DNA of 64,000 nt, from the NCBI GenBank assembly GCA_030533265.1, contig JAUNJM010000003.1:11692-75691 (forward strand). Direction: 5' to 3'. Both the position numbers and the translations under genes were made by a program. This document shows positions 57,575-64,000 of this stretch, in pieces; positions within the stretch are counted from its first letter, which is position 1, and each line of letters starts with the position of its first letter. The DNA is from Ruminococcus sp. (GTDB lineage Bacteria; Bacillota; Clostridia; Oscillospirales; Ruminococcaceae). Below the pieces are notes generated by a model that did no database searches, was not told the DNA's origin, and saw only the letters and a program-made list of their open reading frames with translations.

Positions 57575-59740
57575 CTATTTTATGTTCTTTTGCTTCATGG
57601 TTAGTGAAATACGCTTTTTCTTAACGTCAACATCAAGCACCCATACCTTCACCACGTCACCGACCTTAACAGCCTCCAATGGATGTTTGATATACCTGTC
57701 GCAGATCTGTGATATGTGAACAAGCCCGTCCTCATGAACTCCGACATCAACAAACGCACCAAAATCGATTACATTTCTGACTGTTCCCATAAGCTCCATA
57801 CCAGGCTTGAGGTCTTTAAGTTCCATAATGTCACCGCTTCTCATAAGTGGTGGTGGCAATTCGTCACGAGGATCACGTCCGGGTTTTTGCAATTCCTTGA
57901 CAATATCGGTCAGCGTAGGCACACCAACTCCGATCTCATCTGCAAGCTTTTGAAAGCCAAGCTTTGAAACCGTGTCATCAAGTCCCTTTAATGCACTCAC
58001 ACTTCCGTCAATGTCGTTTATAGAAAGTCCGCACTTTTCAAGCAAAAGCTTTGCCGCATTGTAAGACTCAGGATGAACAGAAGTGTTATCAAGAAGGTTT
58101 TTGCCTCCCTGAACTCTCAGAAATCCTGCGCTCTGCTCAAATGCCTTTGCACCAAGTTTAGGCACTTTCAGAAGCTCTTTTCTGTCCTTGAACTCACCGT
58201 TTTCTTCACGGTATGCAACTATATTCTTTGCAACCGTTGCGTTTATGCCTGAAACATACGACAAAAGTGAATGTGATGCAGTGTTAAGGTCAACACCGAC
58301 AGAGTTTACACAGTCCTCAACAACTCCACTCAAAGCCTCGTCCATTCTTGCTTTTGGCATATCATGCTGATACTGTCCTACACCTATTGCTTTCGGGTCG
58401 ATCTTTACAAGCTCTGCAAGAGGATCCTGCAAACGTCTTGCAATAGATACAGCACTTCTCAGCGAAACATCAAACTCAGGGAACTCCTCTGCAGCAAGCT
58501 TAGATGCGGAGTACACCGACGCTCCTGCTTCTGAAACTACCATATATGAAACACTCTGAGGTATCTCCTTGATAAGCTCAGCTACAAAAGACTCTGACTC
58601 ACGGGAAGCTGTGCCGTTACCGATAGAGATAGTTGTAACATTGTGCTTTTCAATTAGCTTTGAGAGTATTCTTTTTGCCTCGTCAATCTTGTTCTGTGGT
58701 GGAGTAGGGTAGACAACTGTAGTATCAAGCACCTTACCCGTATGGTCAACAACTGCAATTTTACAGCCTGTTCTGTAAGCAGGGTCAAGACCAAGTGTGC
58801 AATGACCTTTTACAGGAGGTTGCATAAGTAATTGACGGAGATTTGACGAAAATACCTTTATCGCACCCTCCTGAGCTTTTTCCAGAAGCTCACTACGGAT
58901 TTCACGTTCTATTGAAGGATATATAAGACGCTTATAGCTGTCGATACAAGCGGTTTCCACCAGTCTGCCACATTCACTGTCGTTCACTCTGAACTTTGAA
59001 ATGCAGGCTCTCTCACCTGCTCCTTCAGGCACTTCTACCGATACCTTCAAAGCTCCTTCTTTTTCTCCACGGGAAATAGCAAGAACTCTGTGTCCTGCAA
59101 TTTTTGAAACAGGCTCTGAAAAATCATAATAATTCTCATACACCGTTTCAGCTTCCTCGTCAGCTGCTTTTGAAACAATTCTGCCTATTTGTGCAAATAG
59201 CTGTCGCAGATATTTTCTCAAGCCTGCATTGTCAGAAACGTCCTCAGCAATGATGTCCAACGCTCCCGCAACGGCAGTTTCAGCACAATCAACACCCTTT
59301 TCAGCATCAACATACTTCAAAGCCTCAATATATGGCTCAGTTGACATGACCTGAAGCATGATTATTTCAGCAAGTGGCTCAAGTCCCTTTTCTCTTGCAA
59401 TACTTGCTCTTGTTTTTCTCTTCGGCTTGAACGGACGATAAATATCCTCCACTTCAACAAGAGTTACAGCCTTTTCAATGGCTGATGCTATCTCATCAGT
59501 CATTTTTTCCTGCTCTATTATAGAGGCTGTTATCTCAGCCTTACGCTTTTCAAGATTACGAAGGTATGTAAGACGGTCTGATATTTCTCTTAAAATCTGG
59601 TCATCAAGTGAACCAGTACGCTCTTTTCTGTAACGTGCAATAAAAGGTATTGTCATACCTTCGTCAATGAGCGTTATAGTATTGTCTATCTGTTCCTGTC
59701 GGAGCTTAAACTCCTCGGCAAGTACCTTGTTTATTTCCAT
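57575..59740 (-). CDS. tex: Tex family RNA-binding accessory protein
   Basis: TIPFIARYRKE, DPAYRTGCK, ARRLQDPLAELVK, S1 domain. Confidence 0.95.
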   Translation of the reverse strand: MEINKVLAEEFKLRQEQIDNTITLIDEGMTIPFIARYRKERTGSLDDQILREISDRLTYLRNLEKRKAEITASIIEQEKMTDEIASAIEKAVTLVEVEDIYRPFKPKRKTRASIAREKGLEPLAEIIMLQVMSTEPYIEALKYVDAEKGVDCAETAVAGALDIIAEDVSDNAGLRKYLRQLFAQIGRIVSKAADEEAETVYENYYDFSEPVSKIAGHRVLAISRGEKEGALKVSVEVPEGAGERACISKFRVNDSECGRLVETACIDSYKRLIYPSIEREIRSELLEKAQEGAIKVFSSNLRQLLMQPPVKGHCTLGLDPAYRTGCKIAVVDHTGKVLDTTVVYPTPPQNKIDEAKRILSKLIEKHNVTTISIGNGTASRESESFVAELIKEIPQSVSYMVVSEAGASVYSASKLAAEEFPEFDVSLRSAVSIARRLQDPLAELVKIDPKAIGVGQYQHDMPKARMDEALSGVVEDCVNSVGVDLNTASHSLLSYVSGINATVAKNIVAYREENGEFKDRKELLKVPKLGAKAFEQSAGFLRVQGGKNLLDNTSVHPESYNAAKLLLEKCGLSINDIDGSVSALKGLDDTVSKLGFQKLADEIGVGVPTLTDIVKELQKPGRDPRDELPPPLMRSGDIMELKDLKPGMELMGTVRNVIDFGAFVDVGVHEDGLVHISQICDRYIKHPLEAVKVGDVVKVWVLDVDVKKKRISLTMKQKNIK

Positions 59741-59741
59741 A

Positions 59742-60236
59742 TCAGTTTTCCTTTCCGTCACAATTTACTGCAAGTATCGGATAGCCGTTGATATACGGCT
59801 TTACAATCACCGGCTCAGCCTTTGCCTGCTTAAAAACAACAGGAGCAAGCTCCCTTGCAAAGTCAGAAAGCTCCTCAAGAGCTTTTGTTTTCACAACGGG
59901 ACAGACAGGCGAAAGAGTAAGCACAAGTGTACCATTCAGATCCATTACACGAAATGGCCATATTCTGCAGTCAAAAGGCTTTGAGTCTTTCATTACACAG
60001 CCGTTTTCCCTATCAAGCATAGAACAATAATACAGATCCTCATCAGGCTCTTTTTCCATATCAAATATGAAGCTTTCACCATTTTCAAGGAATCTCTGAG
60101 TTTTGTTGTAATTTTCAAGTATCTCATCAGCTTTTGACTTTGTTATAACGGGAGCTTCCCAAATGTCTGAGCTGTCAAAGCAACAGCATATACGGCATTT
60201 TGCACACTCCTCTTTTGACAGAATCCTGTTAAGCAT
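59742..60236 (-). CDS. YkgJ-like cysteine cluster protein
   Basis: CAKCRICC, C..L....C, KPFDCRIWPF. Confidence 0.75.
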   Translation of the reverse strand: MLNRILSKEECAKCRICCCFDSSDIWEAPVITKSKADEILENYNKTQRFLENGESFIFDMEKEPDEDLYYCSMLDRENGCVMKDSKPFDCRIWPFRVMDLNGTLVLTLSPVCPVVKTKALEELSDFARELAPVVFKQAKAEPVIVKPYINGYPILAVNCDGKEN

Positions 60237-60327
60237 ATTTTCACCGCCCACAATAATATACTTTGATTTTACCACATTTTCGCAAAAAAAGCAAGGTGAA
60301 AACAGTGCTTCACCTTGTTTGCTCCAA

Positions 60328-60774
60328 TCACTTTAAGAAAAAGAAATAGACTATACCATAAACAACGCTCGCAAGAATCCCATAGAGAATAACAGGTCCG
60401 CAGATTATAAAAATCTTTGCTCCCAGACCAAGCACAAAACCCTCCGTTTTAAACTCCATTGCCGGAGCAACCACCGAGTTTGCAAAACCTGTTATCGGTA
60501 CTAAAGTTCCTGCACCGGCGTGTTTTGCGATACGGTCATAGTAGCCCAGTGCAGTGAACAGTGCCGAAAGAAAGATCAGACTTATCGAAGTTGCCATGCC
60601 TGCATTTTTCTCTGAAAGTCCAAAGCCCGAATACATATTCAGCAGACTTTCTCCAAGCATACAAATAAGTCCTCCAAAAACAAAAGCTTTGGGAATCGTT
60701 ATCCACCATTTTGTCCCCTTTGATGCTTCCTTATACATTTGTGAATACTGCGATTTACTAAGATTAATATCCAA
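60328..60774 (-). CDS. spoVAC: Stage V sporulation protein AC
   Basis: KAFVFGGLIC, AGAGTLVPITGFANS, GPVILYG; TTG start after AGGAG. Confidence 0.9.
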   Translation of the reverse strand: MDINLSKSQYSQMYKEASKGTKWWITIPKAFVFGGLICMLGESLLNMYSGFGLSEKNAGMATSISLIFLSALFTALGYYDRIAKHAGAGTLVPITGFANSVVAPAMEFKTEGFVLGLGAKIFIICGPVILYGILASVVYGIVYFFFLK

Positions 60775-60803
60775 ATTCTCATCTCCTGAATGATCTTTTA
60801 GGA

Positions 60804-60832
60804 TATTATCTGCAAAAAAACGTTGAATATGC
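60804..60832 (-). promoter_or_regulatory. Possible forespore (sigma-G/F) promoter of spoVAC
   Basis: GCATA-17-GATAATA, close to the sigma-G consensus GNATA-N17/18-CATANTA. Confidence 0.45.
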
Positions 60833-60868
60833 AAAAAGGCAGTTGCTTTTTACAACTGCCTTCAATAT

Positions 60869-62443
60869 TTACTTTACCTTTAAATCAGGCAACTTATCTC
60901 TTGTCACCACCAACGAATTATTATAAGCACTGATAAGCTGTTCCTTAGCGTTATATTCCTCATTAAGGCTTCCATCCTCATTAAGCAGATAATTTCCTCC
61001 CCAATTACCGATATAACTCCAGAGTGCATTATCCTCTGCAACAAGATTCATATCAGGAAGGTTTCCACACTCACTTATTGCAATCGGTTTTGTCTTGCAA
61101 ATCTTTGTAAGAAACAGCATGGTATTCTTTTGTCCTGAAAGATCACCCTTGTCATAGATGTCAGCAGAGATAATATCGCACATCTCGTCACCAACATACC
61201 AATCAACATTCTGAGCACTCCACACCCAGATAAGATTATCAAGCTTGTGATAACTCGTCTGACGCTCATAAAGGAGCTTCCACAGCCATTTATATGAGTC
61301 TGAATCATTGCCCCACCAGAAGTAACCATTGCTTGCCTCGTGCAGAGGACGCCAGATTACAGCAATGTCATTATCCCGCAAGATTTTGAGCTGCTCAGAA
61401 ATTTTGTCTATGTCATTAATGATTGCCATGCACTCATCAGAGATTTTCTTTTCTTTATGTAACTTTTCTATATCCTCTGGAGTAAGCATTGCAATTTTTT
61501 GCTTTGTCATAGCCTTTGACAAGTCAAAATCGGTCTTGTCGGCATAGTATTCGCCACTGCCCAAAGGGTCCTGCCAATGCCACATATAACCGACTATTCC
61601 ACCCTCTTTGCTCCATTCAATGGCATAGTCTATCTCATTTTGAGCCGAAATGTTCTCATCCTCAGTAAACATCATAAGGTCACCGAATCGTATCGCAGGA
61701 TATTTACCTGTGAACTCGAAAATCTTGTCTGTTTCAAAGTGAGTGCCGACAGTATCATGCTGTCCGAGAATAACCTGCTTACCAAAAGCAGATTTCAGAT
61801 ATTCATAAAGCTTTTGTGCTTGCTCATCAGCATTCTTGTTTGAAATCTTGGTTTTTGAAACATCGGAAGTGATCGTGTTCTTAACAGCCGTTACACGCAC
61901 ATAGTCTACATCAACATCACCTTTTTCACAGATAATCGTAATAACTGCACTACCTTTTTTCATGTACACATTGTTCAATGAGAAGGTTTCAAAAGCTTTC
62001 TTACCGGAGTTTGAAATCTCTCCGATAATTTCACCGTTCACTGCAAGCTTGCTTGTTTTTTTCTTGTCGCTTGCAGTCGTTACTGCAATGTTATAAAACT
62101 GTGAATCTTTGAGTTCAACGCTCACCGACCAGAGATTATCATTCCCATAAAAGCCTGTGACATAGCCCTTGCCTTTATAGCCCTTTCTTTCAGAAGCGAT
62201 CTTTGTTTTGCCTGAGATGACTCCGTCCTCAGCCTGAACAGTTTTATCAAACTTGACATATCGTATCTCTCCGACCTTTATTTCAGTCTGCTCAGGTTCC
62301 ATCTCTGATGATTCTGCAACGCTTTCACTATCTTCGACATAGTTATCGATAATATCCCTGTTATCATGGATTCTTGTGCCACAGCCTGTTGCAACAAGAA
62401 TCGAAAAAACACAAGCGATAACAGTCAGTATTTTAAACTTCAT
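60869..62443 (-). CDS. Second GH26 beta-mannanase lipoprotein with CBM35-like module
   Basis: Lipobox ATGC, QAEDG, GKGYVTGF, WHW, WRPLHE, YFWWG, AISECG. Confidence 0.87.
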   Translation of the reverse strand: MKFKILTVIACVFSILVATGCGTRIHDNRDIIDNYVEDSESVAESSEMEPEQTEIKVGEIRYVKFDKTVQAEDGVISGKTKIASERKGYKGKGYVTGFYGNDNLWSVSVELKDSQFYNIAVTTASDKKKTSKLAVNGEIIGEISNSGKKAFETFSLNNVYMKKGSAVITIICEKGDVDVDYVRVTAVKNTITSDVSKTKISNKNADEQAQKLYEYLKSAFGKQVILGQHDTVGTHFETDKIFEFTGKYPAIRFGDLMMFTEDENISAQNEIDYAIEWSKEGGIVGYMWHWQDPLGSGEYYADKTDFDLSKAMTKQKIAMLTPEDIEKLHKEKKISDECMAIINDIDKISEQLKILRDNDIAVIWRPLHEASNGYFWWGNDSDSYKWLWKLLYERQTSYHKLDNLIWVWSAQNVDWYVGDEMCDIISADIYDKGDLSGQKNTMLFLTKICKTKPIAISECGNLPDMNLVAEDNALWSYIGNWGGNYLLNEDGSLNEEYNAKEQLISAYNNSLVVTRDKLPDLKVK

Positions 62444-62475
62444 AGTTTTTAATATTCCTTTCTGGAAATCATTTA

Positions 62476-63408
62476 TCACTCGTTTTCAAACAAAGGAGTC
62501 GAAAAATATCGTTCAGCAGTGTCAGGAAGAACGGTAACAACTGTTTTACCTTTGCCGAGCTTTTTAGCCAGCTTTTTCGCTGCAGCAACGTTCGTTCCAC
62601 CTGATATGCCACACATAATACCCTCAAGCCTTGCGAGATCCTTAGCGGTTTCGATAGCTTCATCATCGGTTACTATGTATATATCGTTGTAAATATTGAG
62701 ATTCAGATTTTTAGGAATAACACCATCACCGATACCCATTTGCAGGTGTGTTCCCACTGTTCCTCCTGCAAGGATAGCTGCGTTTTCAGGCTCAACAGCC
62801 CAGATCTCAATATCAGGGTTCTGTGCCTTAAGCACTTCTCCGATACCACTGATAGTTCCACCTGTTCCGATACCCGAACAGAATCCATGAATAGGGCCTT
62901 CAACCTGTTCCATTATCTCAAGACCCGTATGATGCTTGTGTGCTCTTGGATTTGCAGGGTTTTCAAACTGCTGTGGTACAAATACATTTGGATCTTCCTC
63001 TGCCATTTTAAGAGCAGTATCCATACACTCCTGTATACAGTCACCGATATTCCCGTAATCGTGCATAAGCTTAACCTCTGCACCATAATGAGCAATAAGC
63101 TTTCTTCTCTCCTCACTGACCGAATCAGGCATGATGATTATGACCTTATAGCCTTTTACTGCTCCGATAAGTGCAAGTCCGATACCCTGATTGCCACTTG
63201 TCGGTTCAACGATAATAGTATTCTTGTTGATAAGACCCCTTTTCTCAGCATCGTTTATCATTTCAAGAGCAGTTCTCGTCTTTATTGAACCACCCACGTT
63301 AAGTCCTTCAAATTTTACAATAATATCAGCAGAATCTTCATCAACCATACGATTCAGCTTTACCATTGGTGTATGTCCAACTACTTCAAGTATATTGTTA
63401 TATATCAT
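62476..63408 (-). CDS. cysK: Cysteine synthase A
   Basis: GGSIKTR (PLP Lys), EPTSGNQG, GIGTGGT, DTAERYFST. Confidence 0.92.
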   Translation of the reverse strand: MIYNNILEVVGHTPMVKLNRMVDEDSADIIVKFEGLNVGGSIKTRTALEMINDAEKRGLINKNTIIVEPTSGNQGIGLALIGAVKGYKVIIIMPDSVSEERRKLIAHYGAEVKLMHDYGNIGDCIQECMDTALKMAEEDPNVFVPQQFENPANPRAHKHHTGLEIMEQVEGPIHGFCSGIGTGGTISGIGEVLKAQNPDIEIWAVEPENAAILAGGTVGTHLQMGIGDGVIPKNLNLNIYNDIYIVTDDEAIETAKDLARLEGIMCGISGGTNVAAAKKLAKKLGKGKTVVTVLPDTAERYFSTPLFENE

Positions 63409-63512
63409 ATTGACCCCCATAAAATGTCTGCATTTTTTTAATATATTATTTTTATTATATCACACTTATTCCTCCATTGCAACCATAGAGAATTGAAAAA
63501 AGCCTATGAAAC

Positions 63513-63584
63513 TGATATAATCCCCTTAAAGCAGACACTTGAAAAAACAAAAAATTTCAAGACTACTTTAAGGGGATTATATCA
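63513..63584. mobile_element. 72-bp MITE-like palindrome with IS3-style TG...CA terminal inverted repeats
   Basis: Perfect 19-bp IR TGATATAATCCCCTTAAAG, extending to ~30 bp with 2 mismatches and a 2-nt gap. Confidence 0.6.
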
Positions 63585-63611
63585 AAAGCATATCTGTGAA
63601 CTGTGTGTTTA

Positions 63612-64000
63612 TCATATAAACAATCCCATGATCGCTGATTCCATTTTGTCGTTTTCCTTAGGCTTTCCGTCAACCTCAACCGACTTCAAGGTAACAGAAA
63701 CACCCGTTGAAAATTTCAGCTCATAATCGCCCTCATGCTTCTTTTCTCCTGTATAGGTTACCGTAAACGTGAAAGGATTATATACCCAGTGACCATTATC
63801 AAAGAAATTGTCAATAGCTTGACCATAGTTGTCCTGACTCATCTTCATGTCAATCTTAAAATCGTATGTAGCAAATCTCACTCGGAATATCTGTATCGCC
63901 GAAACAACTGCATAGATAATAAAGACAATAACAGCAACTTTTATGCACTTAAACACCATTGCTTTGGTATTATTCTGTGGCTTTGCAGTGACAACAGGCT
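63612..64000 (-). CDS. Hypothetical membrane-anchored protein, 3' part; frame open to window edge
   Basis: One TM helix; no stop between ATG 63959 and the window end. Confidence 0.55.
   Translation of the reverse strand, partial: PVVTAKPQNNTKAMVFKCIKVAVIVFIIYAVVSAIQIFRVRFATYDFKIDMKMSQDNYGQAIDNFFDNGHWVYNPFTFTVTYTGEKKHEGDYELKFSTGVSVTLKSVEVDGKPKENDKMESAIMGLFI

Noticed and set aside
96-63726. The many other 60-240 aa ORFs antisense to or nested in identified genes
   Set aside because: Explained as alternative-frame shadows of well-supported genes

Overview
64 kb of mostly housekeeping chromosome from a low-GC, spore-forming anaerobic Firmicute. Gene content and style suggest Ruminococcus/Oscillospiraceae (inference). 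It carries GTP-dependent PEPCK (5' part), cotJABC, polA with an RNA-modification cluster (dusB-rsmI-rimI-trmN6-tsaD), thiT under a TPP riboswitch, four tRNAs, two GH26 mannanase lipoproteins, pduL, zapA-U32-dut, mnmG, an electron-bifurcating [FeFe]-hydrogenase locus with its sensory cluster, htpG with a CIRCE (frameshifted), metF, fba, queT with a likely preQ1 riboswitch, radA, birA, rpmG-secE-nusG-rplK-rplA, radC, tex, spoVAC and cysK. Three things stand out. (1) A ~1 kb module just 3' of tRNA-Leu(CAG) holds a two-fold symmetric array of six sequence-variable hairpins with GNA-type loops, joined by a constant 8-nt linker. The last hairpin supplies the -35 for an Avd/IVP-like four-helix-bundle gene, which is followed by a cargo lipoprotein. 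(2) The hydrogenase operon is split into two convergent units driven by an 89-bp duplicated, inward-facing promoter, with a 16-aa coupled leader ORF where hydC normally sits. (3) There are two IS3-type relics: a decayed transposase tail that now forms a terminator-like hairpin for polA, and a 72-bp MITE-like element. All calls were made by eye; no searches were run.
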